Counted from the first letter of the whole stretch, positions 1 through 10,751 are shown. The stretch: 59,932 nt of DNA, filler included, from 4 parts of 4 records of this genome joined end to end with filler, not necessarily neighbours in it; one strand, 5' to 3'. Notes: a model not told the origin generated them from the sequence alone. Program-made: numbers and translations.

Positions 1-7
1 ATATTTC

Positions 8-41
8 AAGGACTTACAATGAAAATTGTAAGTCCTTTTTT
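8..41 (+). terminator. Intrinsic terminator-like hairpin at contig start
   Basis: AAGGACTTACAAT-GAAA-ATTGTAAGTCCTT, a perfect 13-bp stem followed by a T tract. Confidence 0.7.
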
Positions 42-205
42 CGTTTGGGGTGATTTGTTCATCTTACTACAATGTTTTTGGTGTAAGAAAGTGAATAAAA
101 TCTTGTAAATTCAGTTTCTATTTCCTATCTGTTAATATGTCTTTCAAGTCATATTATGATTCAAGAATTGACCACTGAGCAACTACAAACCAATGAGGAC
201 AGGAA

Positions 206-442
206 ATGAACACAGAACAGGGAAAATTCAAAAGTATTTACATAGGTTATCACCCTCGGACGCATGACGGCAGTTCTCCACAATCACGCTCTCTCGATGA
301 GTCAATCCCATTAATGGAAGCTTTCAACAAAAGGCAGAATGAGGAGAGACTTCGGGCTGAGGTTGTCGAGGTTGCCTTCACTGATCTTTACGCCGTTGCT
401 GTTATGGAAAGAACTCTCGACAAAGTCTGGCAGTACCTTTAA
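206..442 (+). CDS. Small hypothetical protein (possibly a gene remnant)
   Basis: 78-aa ORF with GAGGA/AGGA RBS-like sequence upstream; no recognisable motif. Confidence 0.35.
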   Translation: MNTEQGKFKSIYIGYHPRTHDGSSPQSRSLDESIPLMEAFNKRQNEERLRAEVVEVAFTDLYAVAVMERTLDKVWQYL

Positions 443-714
443 TTTTTACTAGTTCTTTCAGTGTTGAAGAGTGGGAAGCCGGAATGGCATTCAAGAGGCC
501 ATGGGTTCTGTTTTTCTCAGCTTTACAATTAAAAATTTCCCAAAAAAAAGGACTATTTAGTTTAGCGCTAAATGGTCCTTTTTCGTCCGTTACCGAAAAA
601 CAACTTCGTAGTCCACATTCATCCTGCATACAAGTGAGTGATGCTAGATCGGGGATGCCTTTTCCTTGCCACGCCTATTCCTTATTGCTAAATTAAAAGT
701 AATATAGGAGGAGA

Positions 715-2118
715 GTGATGTTTCGTTTCCGTATCTTTGGGAAAGCTCTTGCGTCCAAGGTTAGTTCAATCCGTCAGTTGCATCTCTATATTCTTATTTT
801 TGTTCTTCTCTCAGTGCTGACCTCTTGCCTTATGCCCCCACCGCAGTACCAGGATCCACTGGCTGATCTCAACACCATGCAGTCCTCGTCCCGTGTTTTT
901 GACGAGGTGCGTCTAGGGCTGCTTTTTTCCGGAAATGTTCAGACTTCACGGGATTTTATTTCTAGAGCGCGTGAGGCCATGGATATAGGTGTTTTGACCA
1001 ATACCGCAGCCATGAAGGATCTGGATGTAGACTACGTGCAGAATAATCTCCAGAAGATCCTGTCCCGGTCATTCGGGAAAGTGGTCAAGGTCGATTCTTT
1101 GGATCAGGCTAGGACCATGGATTTGGACGTGGTCATGCTTTTTGATATGCAGGTGAATCTAGGGGCTACGTCGGGTGATCAAACTTCGGTGGACCTTAAA
1201 GGTTCGTTTATAGATTGGGATCGCCGGGTGCTTGCCGATGTCGAGGGGCATGGTGCGGGTGTAATTCCCTTTCCTGCCAACTCGTTTGGTTACACGGAGG
1301 CTGCGGGAAGGGCTCTCAAGGCTTTGAATAACGAGTTGGGCACGTCCCGGAAGCTTTCCATTGTCCTTGAAGATATCAATACACCGGTCATGGTGGTAAC
1401 GAGCGTTCCTGCGCCGGTAGCGGTAAAGGGGGAGCGGTATGCTCTGGTTATGGGCAATAGCGCGTACCAAAACGCCCCTTTGAAGAACCCGGTCAATGAC
1501 GCTAGGGATGTGGGTAAGGCCCTGCGTCGGTTGGGATTCAATGTCATTCTGGTTAATAACGCTAGACTGCGCGACATGGAGCAGGCCATGGATCGGTTCT
1601 ACGCCAGTCTTCAAAAGGGCGGCGTGGGTCTGTTTTATTATGCGGGGCATGGTATTCAGGTCGGCGGTAGAAACTATCTCATTCCTGTTGACGCGACCAT
1701 CAGGTCCGAATCCGATGTCCGTTACGAATGTCTGGATGCGGGACGCATACTTGGCAAGATGGAGGATGCGGGCAACGCACTGAACATAGTTATTCTCGAT
1801 GCCTGCCGTAACAATCCTTTTGCCCGCAGTTTTCGTTCGGCGCAGAGGGGGTTGGCTCGCATGGACGCGCCTACCGGGTCCATCGTGGCTTATTCCACAG
1901 CTCCAGGCTCCGTGGCCGCGGACGGCAGTGGACGCAACGGTGTGTACACGAAGTATTTGCTTCAACATCTGATGCAACCGGGACTCGATATTAGCGATGT
2001 CTTTTTTTATACTCGAAAGGGCGTGGTGCAGGAAACCGAGGGCAGACAGGTGCCGTGGGAGTCCTCCTCGCTGGTGGATCGTTTTTATTTTTTGGAGGTG
2101 CCGTCTGAGCAGCAATAG
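715..2118 (+). CDS. Caspase-family (peptidase C14) lipoprotein
   Basis: Lipobox-like LSVLTSC; C-terminal ALVMGNSAY..LKNPVNDA, FYYAGHG (catalytic His) and ILDACR (catalytic Cys); AGGAG RBS. Confidence 0.85.
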   Translation: MMFRFRIFGKALASKVSSIRQLHLYILIFVLLSVLTSCLMPPPQYQDPLADLNTMQSSSRVFDEVRLGLLFSGNVQTSRDFISRAREAMDIGVLTNTAAMKDLDVDYVQNNLQKILSRSFGKVVKVDSLDQARTMDLDVVMLFDMQVNLGATSGDQTSVDLKGSFIDWDRRVLADVEGHGAGVIPFPANSFGYTEAAGRALKALNNELGTSRKLSIVLEDINTPVMVVTSVPAPVAVKGERYALVMGNSAYQNAPLKNPVNDARDVGKALRRLGFNVILVNNARLRDMEQAMDRFYASLQKGGVGLFYYAGHGIQVGGRNYLIPVDATIRSESDVRYECLDAGRILGKMEDAGNALNIVILDACRNNPFARSFRSAQRGLARMDAPTGSIVAYSTAPGSVAADGSGRNGVYTKYLLQHLMQPGLDISDVFFYTRKGVVQETEGRQVPWESSSLVDRFYFLEVPSEQQ

Positions 2119-2195
2119 TTGCTCGCGTTGTTTTTTATTTATTAAACATTAGATTGTAGCCAGTTTTACTGGCTACAGGGTGAGTGCATTATATA

Positions 2196-2513
2196 ATGAA
2201 GTTCAATCATTTAGGTATCCCGACAACCGATAGATTCGAAGGTGAAATAGATTTGCCTCATTTAAAAATGACGGTATCTGACCACGAGAATAATCCATAT
2301 GGCATACAGTGGATGCGGTTTTGGGAAGGTGCTCAATATCCTGATTTGGTTAAGAACGTTCCTCATGCTGCCTTTGAAGTTGAAGACTTAGTAAAGGAAC
2401 TTGAGGGCAAGAAGGTTATCATAGAACCTAATTCACCAAGTGAAGGGTTAATGGTCGCATTTATTGAAGTAAACGGGGCTCCCGTGGAGCTGATGGAGTA
2501 TCAAATTAAATAG
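2196..2513 (+). CDS. Small VOC/glyoxalase-like protein
   Basis: MKFNHLGIP...HAAFEVEDL...VAFIEVNGAPVELME pattern; ATG at 2196 preferred over the ORF-track start. Confidence 0.7.
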   Translation: MKFNHLGIPTTDRFEGEIDLPHLKMTVSDHENNPYGIQWMRFWEGAQYPDLVKNVPHAAFEVEDLVKELEGKKVIIEPNSPSEGLMVAFIEVNGAPVELMEYQIK

Positions 2514-2651
2514 AGTAACTTAATACTATTGACTCTTTTGGTTTGTTGAGCTTGGGAAATTTGCGGCTTGATTGTAAGTTTAATGTTGATGTAGCGTTAG
2601 GTGTTCGTGGTTTCCTGGATCACTAAGATTATTTATACAAAAGGACAATTA

Positions 2652-3101
2652 ATGAAACGTTTGCACTGTTTCCTTCTTGCGCTATTGTTAGTTACCTCTC
2701 TTCCTGCGTGTAAAAAAAATACTGGTTCAACAACACCTGAGTTTACTACAAAATATACTGAAATATCCAATAAGGAAGAAGCATTCTATAAAGGATATTT
2801 TCAGGTAGTCGGGCGCGGAAATGGCGAATCCAAGTCCATGGCTCTGCTGGCCGCACGTGCTGTTGCGCAGGCTCGTTTGGTTGAGATTGTGGAAGGGATT
2901 GAAGTTGAGCGGAATACACTTGTCAAAGAAGGCAAAGTTCAGGGGGATATCATTCAAACCAAAGCTAAGGGGTTTGTGAAGTTCTCTTCGCTTTGCGGGG
3001 AACAATATAACCCAGCTACCGGTAATGCTGAAGTGTGCTTGAGATTGCCGCTGAAAACCGGAAGACTGGGCGATTTAGTCGAAGATCTGATTGAAAATTA
3101 A
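2652..3101 (+). CDS. LPP20-like lipoprotein
   Basis: AAGGA RBS, lipobox LPAC, motif MALLAARAVAQARLVEIVEGIEV. Confidence 0.65.
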   Translation: MKRLHCFLLALLLVTSLPACKKNTGSTTPEFTTKYTEISNKEEAFYKGYFQVVGRGNGESKSMALLAARAVAQARLVEIVEGIEVERNTLVKEGKVQGDIIQTKAKGFVKFSSLCGEQYNPATGNAEVCLRLPLKTGRLGDLVEDLIEN

Positions 3102-3118
3102 TGTAAGGAGGATAAATC

Positions 3119-4012
3119 ATGAAAAAAATTATTCAGCATTTCCTCCTTGGATTCATGGCGTTCTGTCTGACTGTTCCGGCTCTGGCTGGTGGTGAAAAAC
3201 AGATTTCTAAATCTTCAGTACTTATAGAAGTGGAAGGCATGGCTTGCCTGGGGCTTGACCGCACTCGTACTCAAGTGCGCAAGCTTGCTTTGGACGACGC
3301 TAAGCAGACTGCTTCCGAACGGGTCAGCACTTATGTTTCAAGAGAGACCAGTGTAGAAAAAGGAAAAGTCAGTAAGGATCTGATTGATGTGTATTCGCGG
3401 GCTACAGTCAAGGTGATTGAGGAGCTTGAAAAAGGTTGGACCCAGTCAAAGGATAAGAGTGGTTATCTCGACCAGTGTTATAAAATTAAGATCAAAGCTG
3501 AGATCATTCCTGCCGAATCGAATGCAGGCCAGAGTATTCACCAACAGGCCATGAATAATCCCCGGGCGCCTCTCTCCGTTGAGCTCTGGACCGATAAGGA
3601 GACTTACCAGCTGGGCGATGTTATGAAATTTTATTTCCGGGGCAACAAGCCTTTCTATGTCCGTGCGGTATATGAAGATGCTGACGGCAATCTCATTGAG
3701 GTAACCCCCTCCAGCAGTTCATCTTATTATAAAGGCGGAGTTATTTATGAAATTCCCGGGCAGAATGATCGGTTTACCCTCCAGATCACACCACCGCTCG
3801 GTAAAGAGAAGCTAATCCTTTATACTTCCACCAGCCCTATGGACAGCTATCATGGCCAAAGGTCAGGAGATCTGCTGATCATTGACAATGAAACCCCTGA
3901 TCTTGGAAGAAAAACACGGGGACTTGCGGTACTGAAAGGTAATAAGACCAAGAATAAGGCAGCAAAGGCGGAATTTGCTGAAACGCAAGTGAATGTTTTG
4001 GTTGAGAAATAG
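3119..4012 (+). CDS. Exported protein with DUF4384-like C-terminal domain
   Basis: Signal peptide; LSVELWTDKETYQLGD..FYFRGNKPFY and LQITPPLGKEKL motifs; GGAGG RBS. Confidence 0.7.
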   Translation: MKKIIQHFLLGFMAFCLTVPALAGGEKQISKSSVLIEVEGMACLGLDRTRTQVRKLALDDAKQTASERVSTYVSRETSVEKGKVSKDLIDVYSRATVKVIEELEKGWTQSKDKSGYLDQCYKIKIKAEIIPAESNAGQSIHQQAMNNPRAPLSVELWTDKETYQLGDVMKFYFRGNKPFYVRAVYEDADGNLIEVTPSSSSSYYKGGVIYEIPGQNDRFTLQITPPLGKEKLILYTSTSPMDSYHGQRSGDLLIIDNETPDLGRKTRGLAVLKGNKTKNKAAKAEFAETQVNVLVEK

Positions 4013-4078
4013 TTTTAAGAGGCAAACTGAAGTTACGGAAAATATCGTAACCTCTTTGTTGTTTGGGGGGACGGAGTC

Positions 4079-5077
4079 TTACCGGATAAGCCTAACAGCC
4101 CCCCTATCTCTGGTCATTTTTTTGGGAAGATTGATATTCCAGCGCCTGAGTTCGGAGAGGCTGAATATCAGGGTTCCTTTTTTACCGATAACAGGCTTTA
4201 TGCTTTCAATGTTTTCTCCATCAAGAATGCGCCGGACCATAGATAAAGCCTGTTCTCCCTGATCAATTCCGGAGAGCACGTATCCGCCAACGGCCTTGTT
4301 TTTGCCAATAGAGATATCCCAGAGCGCAAAGAAGGGGAGTGGGGATTCTTTTGCCGACCAGCGCATCACATCGTCTCCCTCCACATACTCGCCTTTTTCA
4401 TCATGCAGGGAAAAATATATACCTGCGATGATGGCGTCATAGCCTCTCTCGGCAGAAGCTTGGACAAGTTGTTGCCATTCTTTGAAATCTTTAACCATTT
4501 CAACATCGATCGTTACATTACATATTTTGAAGGAAAGATTGTTCTGCAATGATTCACGAATAAACGAGCGGGAACTCATACTGTGGTCCATAATTACGAG
4601 GCAGCGATTTAATCTTTGGCCTAGAATCTCACGTAGAAAGACAACGGATCGTTTGACCAAAGGACGTTCCAATATCCCGGTAACTTTGCATACTTTGGTT
4701 ATGTAATCGCGGACATTTCCGTTCACTCCTAGAAACACAACCGGGATTCCCTTATCCACAAAATATTGTCCAAAGGATTTCAGCGCAAAGTCATCGGTCA
4801 GCACGGCAATATCCGGCAGATCTTTTTCACAGGCAATCATGACTTTTTCTACATTGAGTGCACTTTGTTGCGGCGTGGCCCTTTTGTAATCAAGGTAATA
4901 TGTAGATATCTCAGCCTGACCTGTCAGGCCGCGTTTCAAAACGCCATTATGCATCCTGACCCAGTTAAATTCGGGATGATAACTATTGATGATTGTAACC
5001 CGAGATTTGTTTGCCGCCGCACTGCAAAGTAATATCAGCCCGAATAGAAAAGCGCATAGAAAAGGAACTGTTTTCAT
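4079..5077 (-). CDS. ABC-type substrate-binding/periplasmic sensor protein
   Basis: Signal peptide; IINSYHPEFNW, IPVVFLGVN, GGYVLSGIDQG motifs of the ABC_sub_bind-like family. Confidence 0.75.
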   Translation of the reverse strand: MKTVPFLCAFLFGLILLCSAAANKSRVTIINSYHPEFNWVRMHNGVLKRGLTGQAEISTYYLDYKRATPQQSALNVEKVMIACEKDLPDIAVLTDDFALKSFGQYFVDKGIPVVFLGVNGNVRDYITKVCKVTGILERPLVKRSVVFLREILGQRLNRCLVIMDHSMSSRSFIRESLQNNLSFKICNVTIDVEMVKDFKEWQQLVQASAERGYDAIIAGIYFSLHDEKGEYVEGDDVMRWSAKESPLPFFALWDISIGKNKAVGGYVLSGIDQGEQALSMVRRILDGENIESIKPVIGKKGTLIFSLSELRRWNINLPKKMTRDRGAVRLIR

Positions 5078-5379
5078 AGTCGCCGTCTCCTTGAGACATG
5101 GAGAATGTTATTTTGGGTTTATTAAAATAACATATTTTTTCGAACAGTGTCCAATCGGCAGGGATAAAACTACGGTAAGAATAAAAATGTCAGTCTCTCA
5201 GCGAAAGGCTGACTTGTCTTGGAATAAGACTTTTTTAGTCCTTAAACTCTTTAATTTACTAAAAAGTATCTTTTAAAATACTAGATCATTTTTTTCTGCC
5301 TACTTGCGTAGATTGAAAGTACAGACTATTTTTTCTCCATGGTGGCAACATTTAATTTCAAGGAAAATGGAGAATAAAA

Positions 5380-5928
5380 ATGGATGCAATTAAAATGATT
5401 AAAGAACGCAGAAGTGTTCGTAAGTACAAGAATGAAAAGGTTGACCGTGAACTCATGAAGGAAATTATTGATATTGCCCGCTGGGCACCTTCATGGGCTA
5501 ACTTTCAGATCGCCCGCTATACCTTGATCGATGATGAAGAAGTAATCAAGCAGCTTGCAACTGACGGTGTTAAAGGTTTCACCTACAATATCAAAACCCT
5601 TGAAAACGCTAAGGGTGTAGCAGTACTCAGCTTTGTGAAAGGCAAGTCCGGCAAACTTGATCCCGAGAAAGGTGATTATGCCACTGAAAAAGGTGATGTC
5701 TGGGAAGCATTTGATGCCGGTATCGCCTGTCAGACCTTTTGTCTTGCCGCCCATGCAAGGGGGATCGGCACATGTATTTTCGGTGTTATCGATGAAAACA
5801 CTATTCCCGGAATCGTGGGCCTGCCCAAAGAAGAGACCGTTGCCGCATTGATCACTTACGGACATCCCGATGAAGAACCCTCTGTAACTCCGCGTAAGGA
5901 AGTGGATGAGATTGTGCGGTTTATGTAG
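5380..5928 (+). CDS. Nitroreductase family protein
   Basis: ERRSVRKY, ARWAPSWANFQ, DAGIACQTFCLAAHARGIGTC. Confidence 0.9.
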   Translation: MDAIKMIKERRSVRKYKNEKVDRELMKEIIDIARWAPSWANFQIARYTLIDDEEVIKQLATDGVKGFTYNIKTLENAKGVAVLSFVKGKSGKLDPEKGDYATEKGDVWEAFDAGIACQTFCLAAHARGIGTCIFGVIDENTIPGIVGLPKEETVAALITYGHPDEEPSVTPRKEVDEIVRFM

Positions 5929-5958
5929 TTTTAATCTATTAGTTTAGTAAGTATTTTT

Positions 5959-6004
5959 GCAAAAAGGGTGTGGGTCGACGTGTAGTTGATTCGCACCCTT
6001 TTGC
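5959..6004 (+). terminator. Terminator-like hairpin after nitroreductase
   Basis: GCAAAAAGGGTGTG...CGCACCCTTTTGC inverted repeat. Confidence 0.55.
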
Positions 6005-6157
6005 ATTATTCATAACGACAATATTGACTTACTTTCCCCGGCAAAGTAAAAATCACTAAATTTACATGTCGAATGTCGACATTGCCGTGTTGGGTTTATG
6101 CGAATTCGCGCAGTTAATGCATTTCTGCACAGTATAAATTCGTCGACAAAATAAAGA

Positions 6158-8260
6158 GTGGGGGAAGACATGACTTTACGATCAAGAATGATAGTTGCTT
6201 TTGGGGTGATTTCGTTACTTATAGCTGCGTTGGGGCTTTTTGCCGCCGCCAAGCTTGAAAGTGTCGGAGCTTTGACCGATTCATTATATAAACGTCCGTA
6301 TGCTGTCAGCACTGCCATGCTGCGTATTGATGTTAATCTGATGCGTATTCAGAACGAGATGTCTCAGATCATAACCTCATATGACAAACTGAGAATCGCC
6401 AAGCACAGGGTAAATATTGATAATTTTAATTCAGAGATTCTGAAGGACTTTGATCTTGTAGGCGAACGTTCGCCGGAAGATAGAGGGAGATTATCGGGGC
6501 TTACCAAGCTCTATAGCCGGATGAGTTCTTTGCAGCAGAATCTTATTAACACTCACGAGAAAGGGGCCTTGCGCAGTGTGATTAAGGCCGAGCGAGATAA
6601 AGAAGCAAGGCTGCATAGTGAACTTGAATCGGGTATGGAGAAGTTCATTGCCTCCGCAGAGGAAACGGCAGCGGCTTTCAATACAAATGCGGGTGAAAGT
6701 GTTGCTCAGACGGGTACTATTCTGCGGGCAATGGTCGGAGTGGCTTTTATATTTTCTATTGTAATTGCGTTTTGGATTCTGCGATCCGTTCACCGCGCTC
6801 TTGGCAAAGATCCGGCTGAACTTGAGCAGGTAGTAACTAAAGTGGCCGAGGGCCATTTTGAGTTTGAAAGTGATGACAAGGCTTGCGGGGTATATCTTAA
6901 AGTCCTTAGTCTCGTGGAATCTCTCAAAAATTTTCAGAGCGATACAGACGAGATCATTACTGCTATTGAAAAGGGTGAGCTGGAGCGCAAAGGTGATGCT
7001 GCAGGATATACGGGCGGCTTTGCCACAATGATTGAAGGGGTAAACACCTTGGTTACTCTTTATTGTGAGTTGCTTAATTCCCTGCCTGTGGGTGTGCTTA
7101 CCAGAGGTAGTGACAGGGAAATCCTTTTCTTGAACAAAGCCGGATTGGATATTGCCGGGATCAGTTCTTTTAAGGGCAAGTATTGTGATCAGGTTCTTGG
7201 AACTGAAGCTTGCCGGGAAGGTAGGTGTATCCCGGAGAAATGTATGGATAACAAGAACAAGCAGAGTTTTGAGACCACCGCACAGACATCTTCCGGTACT
7301 TACGAAATAAGCAGTTCTGCATCGGCTATTGTAGACCGTGAAGGCCGGACTGTCGGGGCCCTTGAGATTCTCATTGATCAGACTGAGATTAAGGCGGTGC
7401 AGAACAGGATTGTAGAAGTTGCCAATGCTGCTGACCGTATTTCCACCAGCCTTGCTACATCTTCTGAGGAGCTTGCAGCCCAGATTGAGCAGGTCGGCAG
7501 GGGGGCTGATATCCAGCAGCAGCGTGTGGGTGAGACAGCTACTGCCATTGAGGAAATGAATGCAACTGTTCTTGAAGTGGCCCGTAATGCTGCAGATGCT
7601 ACAATGCAGTCGGAGCAGGCAGCGGACAAAGCACGGGACGGTGCCGGCCTTGTTGGCGAGGTCGTAACATCCATTAATCAGGTTAATGGTATTGCCGGGG
7701 AGTTGCAGGGCAACATGCTTGAGCTGGGTAAACAGGCTGATTCCATCGGAGGGATCATGAATGTGATCCTTGATATTGCAGACCAGACCAATTTGCTGGC
7801 TTTGAATGCCGCAATCGAGGCTGCCCGCGCAGGTGAGGCCGGACGCGGATTTGCTGTTGTAGCTGATGAAGTGCGCAAACTGGCGGAAAAGACCATGACT
7901 GCCACCACCGAAGTCGGCGACAGTATCAAAGCCATTCAGAAATCATCGGAACTTAATATCAGGCAGGTTGAGTCGGCTGTTGAACAGGTTGCAACTGCAA
8001 CCACGCAGGCTAATGAGTCCGGCACAGTGCTGGCCGATATAGTACATGTTTCCAGCGAAAGCTCTGCGCTTATCAGTAGTATTGCGGCTGCCGCTGAAGA
8101 GCAATCCGCGACTTCTGAGCAGATTCATTCCGCTGTGGAAGAGGTGCACAGGATTGTGAATGAAACTTCTTCCGGAATGATCGAATCTTCCCGTGCTGTG
8201 CAGGAGCTGAATAGTCTTGCGCAGGATTTGCGTGGAATGCTCGATAGATTGAATTCGTAA
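6158..8260 (+). CDS. Methyl-accepting chemotaxis protein (4-helix sensor, HAMP, PAS, MA domain)
   Basis: Two TM segments and the [38 protein letters not shown] signature. Confidence 0.95.
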   Translation: MGEDMTLRSRMIVAFGVISLLIAALGLFAAAKLESVGALTDSLYKRPYAVSTAMLRIDVNLMRIQNEMSQIITSYDKLRIAKHRVNIDNFNSEILKDFDLVGERSPEDRGRLSGLTKLYSRMSSLQQNLINTHEKGALRSVIKAERDKEARLHSELESGMEKFIASAEETAAAFNTNAGESVAQTGTILRAMVGVAFIFSIVIAFWILRSVHRALGKDPAELEQVVTKVAEGHFEFESDDKACGVYLKVLSLVESLKNFQSDTDEIITAIEKGELERKGDAAGYTGGFATMIEGVNTLVTLYCELLNSLPVGVLTRGSDREILFLNKAGLDIAGISSFKGKYCDQVLGTEACREGRCIPEKCMDNKNKQSFETTAQTSSGTYEISSSASAIVDREGRTVGALEILIDQTEIKAVQNRIVEVANAADRISTSLATSSEELAAQIEQVGRGADIQQQRVGETATAIEEMNATVLEVARNAADATMQSEQAADKARDGAGLVGEVVTSINQVNGIAGELQGNMLELGKQADSIGGIMNVILDIADQTNLLALNAAIEAARAGEAGRGFAVVADEVRKLAEKTMTATTEVGDSIKAIQKSSELNIRQVESAVEQVATATTQANESGTVLADIVHVSSESSALISSIAAAAEEQSATSEQIHSAVEEVHRIVNETSSGMIESSRAVQELNSLAQDLRGMLDRLNS

Positions 8261-8263
8261 TGA

Positions 8264-8301
8264 AAAAGGACGGTGCTCATCTTTCAGGGCATCGTCCCTT
8301 T
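8264..8301. terminator. Bidirectional terminator between convergent genes
   Basis: AAAAAGGACGGTGCTC...GGGCATCGTCCCTT inverted repeat. Confidence 0.6.
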
Positions 8302-8306
8302 AGTTT

Positions 8307-9179
8307 TCATTTGTCAAAGAACATCTTTTCCCGCTCCCGTATCTCATCTGCTCCGATAAATTTGTTGTATTCAGCAAAATCCATCATGTTTTCGGGGCTG
8401 GCAAAACTTTCAGTAGTCCCTTCTTCCTTGAGAGTTACGGCCCATTTCTGTACTGCTCGGGCAGCCGCATAGAGTGGGCCGCAGGGGTAGGCCGCAAATG
8501 CGTAGCCAACATCCTGAAGTTCGTCCTTGGTCAGGAAGGGAGTTTTCCCGCCTTCAATCATATTGGCCATGCTGGGTACTGGCACTTCTGTATTTACCCG
8601 GCGCATCTCATCTTTCGAAGTTACCGCTTCAACGAATACCATGTCCGCCCCGGCCTCGGCGTATATTTGAGCTCGTCTGATGGCTTCGTCCAAACCATGA
8701 ACTGTTCTGGCGTCAGTGCGGGCCATGATTACGAAGTCCGGGTTCTTGCGCGCCCAGAGCGCTGCTTTCAGCTTGGGCAGGTATTCTTTTACTTCGACCA
8801 CTGATTTTCCTCCCATATGCCCGCAACGTTTGGGGTAGGTCTGGTCTTCGATAAACAGAGCTGCCGCGCCTATCTGTTCCACCTGCTGTACTGTGCGGAT
8901 GACGTTGTTCACATCTCCGAATCCGGTATCAATATCAACCATCACCGGAAGTTCGGTACGGGCGATGAGATTGGCGTAGTTAGTCAACATTTCGCTCGAG
9001 CTGATCATACCGATATCCGGCAAACCCAGCACTGAACCGGAAGTACCATATCCGGCAACGCAAGTAGCCTTAAATCCGGACTGCTCAATGGCAAGCAGGG
9101 ATATTCCATCGTAAGCGACAGGCATCATTAATATTTCTGGGGCGTTAACCAGTTCTCTGAATAGACGGGATTTATTCAT
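8307..9179 (-). CDS. Isocitrate lyase/PEP mutase superfamily enzyme (2-methylisocitrate lyase-like)
   Basis: DIDTGFG, IEDQTYPKRCGH, MARTDAR, ANMIEGGKTP. Confidence 0.9.
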   Translation of the reverse strand: MNKSRLFRELVNAPEILMMPVAYDGISLLAIEQSGFKATCVAGYGTSGSVLGLPDIGMISSSEMLTNYANLIARTELPVMVDIDTGFGDVNNVIRTVQQVEQIGAAALFIEDQTYPKRCGHMGGKSVVEVKEYLPKLKAALWARKNPDFVIMARTDARTVHGLDEAIRRAQIYAEAGADMVFVEAVTSKDEMRRVNTEVPVPSMANMIEGGKTPFLTKDELQDVGYAFAAYPCGPLYAAARAVQKWAVTLKEEGTTESFASPENMMDFAEYNKFIGADEIREREKMFFDK

Positions 9180-9204
9180 ATTATCCTCGCGGTTATTTGA
9201 TCAT

Positions 9205-9792
9205 TTAGTTCTTTCCAAGTTTGATGACGATCTCGGTGAGTCCGTCTGCAAAAGATTTATCCATAGTTCCATGTCCGATTAGCAGTCGATACCACATAGC
9301 TCCAAAGAGCAGGTCGACAAGTATGTTCAGATCTTGGGTGTGTGAAATCTCATTTGCATCAGCAGCCTGTTGGAGGATGGATTTTAAGACCGTTTGACGT
9401 TTTGATACGAAGTTCTCTTTGAACCTGTCTCGGAATGATTCATCCTGTTGCGCTAAGGACATCAGGTAGCGGAGATTGCTTCCGTCTCCCTGATTAATTG
9501 ATTTCATGGAGTTTTGCAGAAACTGGCGCAAGGTAGTCTGTAAGGATTCATAGGGTGGAACAGGTATTTTTTTGTCCGCCTGACTGAGAACCGCTTCAAG
9601 AACAATATCCGCAAGTGAGGGCCACCAGCGGTAGATTGTCGGTTTGCCGACACCGGCTTTTCTGGCAATTGCTTCGATGGTCAGTTTTTTCTCACCATTC
9701 GTGTTCAGCAATTCGTAGGTTGCATTTAATACGGCCTGTTGAGCTTTTTCGCTTCTGGGACGGCCGGCTTTTGTCTTGGTCATGTCATTCAC
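9205..9792 (-). CDS. TetR/AcrR family transcriptional regulator
   Basis: GRPRS...TIEAIARKAGVGKPTIYRWW HTH. Confidence 0.92.
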   Translation of the reverse strand: MNDMTKTKAGRPRSEKAQQAVLNATYELLNTNGEKKLTIEAIARKAGVGKPTIYRWWPSLADIVLEAVLSQADKKIPVPPYESLQTTLRQFLQNSMKSINQGDGSNLRYLMSLAQQDESFRDRFKENFVSKRQTVLKSILQQAADANEISHTQDLNILVDLLFGAMWYRLLIGHGTMDKSFADGLTEIVIKLGKN

Positions 9793-9834
9793 CTTATTTT
9801 AGCTGATGCTGTCTTGTGCCATGCTTGGAGTATA

Positions 9835-9874
9835 TTGACAAGTTTATTTTCGTTACGTAACGTAACGAAAATAA
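9835..9874. promoter_or_regulatory. Perfect palindromic operator next to a -35 box (likely TetR site)
   Basis: TTGACA at 9835-9840, then TTATTTTCGTTACGT-A-ACGTAACGAAAATAA (9844-9874) between divergent tetR and the flavodoxin-ferredoxin gene. Confidence 0.8.
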
Positions 9875-9919
9875 GTGAGGGGGCAAAACGAAATAATTAA
9901 CCGGAGAATGGAGTGTTTC

Positions 9920-10720
9920 ATGAATATAAAGTCAGTAAAAATAGCATGTTTTTCGCCTACAGGGACAACGGAGCAGGTTGTGCAGGCTGTTGCACAGGGA
10001 ATTGGCGTCAACGAAGCTGAGTTGATCGATATAACCAAACCGGAAGCCAGATTGCGCCCGTTGACGTTAGCAGATGATGAATTGATTGTAATCGGGGTGC
10101 CTGTGTATATGGGCCGGGTTCCGGGATTGTTGCAGGAATGGTTCGGGAGAATTGAAGCAAATGGCAGTCCGGCGGTTTGTGTAGTTGTTTACGGAAACCG
10201 CGTCTATGATGATGGCCTGCTTGAACTTAAAGATATGATGCAAAAACAGGGGGCTACTCCTGTAGCCTGCGCGGCATATATCGGGGAGCATTCTTTTTCA
10301 AATGCTGAAATCCCTACAGCACAGGGCCGTCCTGACAATAATGATTTAAACCATGCTGAAATGTTTGGAGCCAAGGTACGTGAAAAGCTGGACTCAATTG
10401 CTGCTCTAGATGAAGCTTGCGTGCCTCAGATTCCCGGTGAATTCCCATATCGTGGAATCACAGAATTGTGGGATGTAGACTTCATTGCAGTGGATGAATC
10501 CTGTGTTCAGTGTGGATTGTGTGCTGAAATTTGTCCAACAGGAGCTATCGATACTGAGGACAGTTCAATTATTGATCACGTTAAATGCATCACATGCTGT
10601 GCCTGCCTCAAAAAGTGTCCCCAGCAGGCCAGAACAATGAAGGACGGCCCGGTAAAAGATGCCCGGATGAGGTTGAATAAGCTCTTTGCTGAACCTAAGG
10701 AACCGGAGTGTTATTTATAG
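9920..10720 (+). CDS. EFR1-type flavodoxin-ferredoxin fusion protein
   Basis: FSPTGTT, GVPVYMGR, VYGNR and two CxxCxxCxxxCP motifs; ATG 9920 after GGAG. Confidence 0.88.
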   Translation: MNIKSVKIACFSPTGTTEQVVQAVAQGIGVNEAELIDITKPEARLRPLTLADDELIVIGVPVYMGRVPGLLQEWFGRIEANGSPAVCVVVYGNRVYDDGLLELKDMMQKQGATPVACAAYIGEHSFSNAEIPTAQGRPDNNDLNHAEMFGAKVREKLDSIAALDEACVPQIPGEFPYRGITELWDVDFIAVDESCVQCGLCAEICPTGAIDTEDSSIIDHVKCITCCACLKKCPQQARTMKDGPVKDARMRLNKLFAEPKEPECYL

Positions 10721-10751
10721 CTATATGCGGGCTGTACAAAGAATCTTTGGA

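Noticed and set aside
1159-2115. Long antisense ORFs (also 16666-17505, 25863-26615, 55506-56315)
   Set aside because: Shadows of well-supported genes on the opposite strand, with no motifs
5255-5322. Possible HxlR-type regulator box upstream of the nitroreductase
   Set aside because: AT-rich weak symmetry and no cognate regulator nearby
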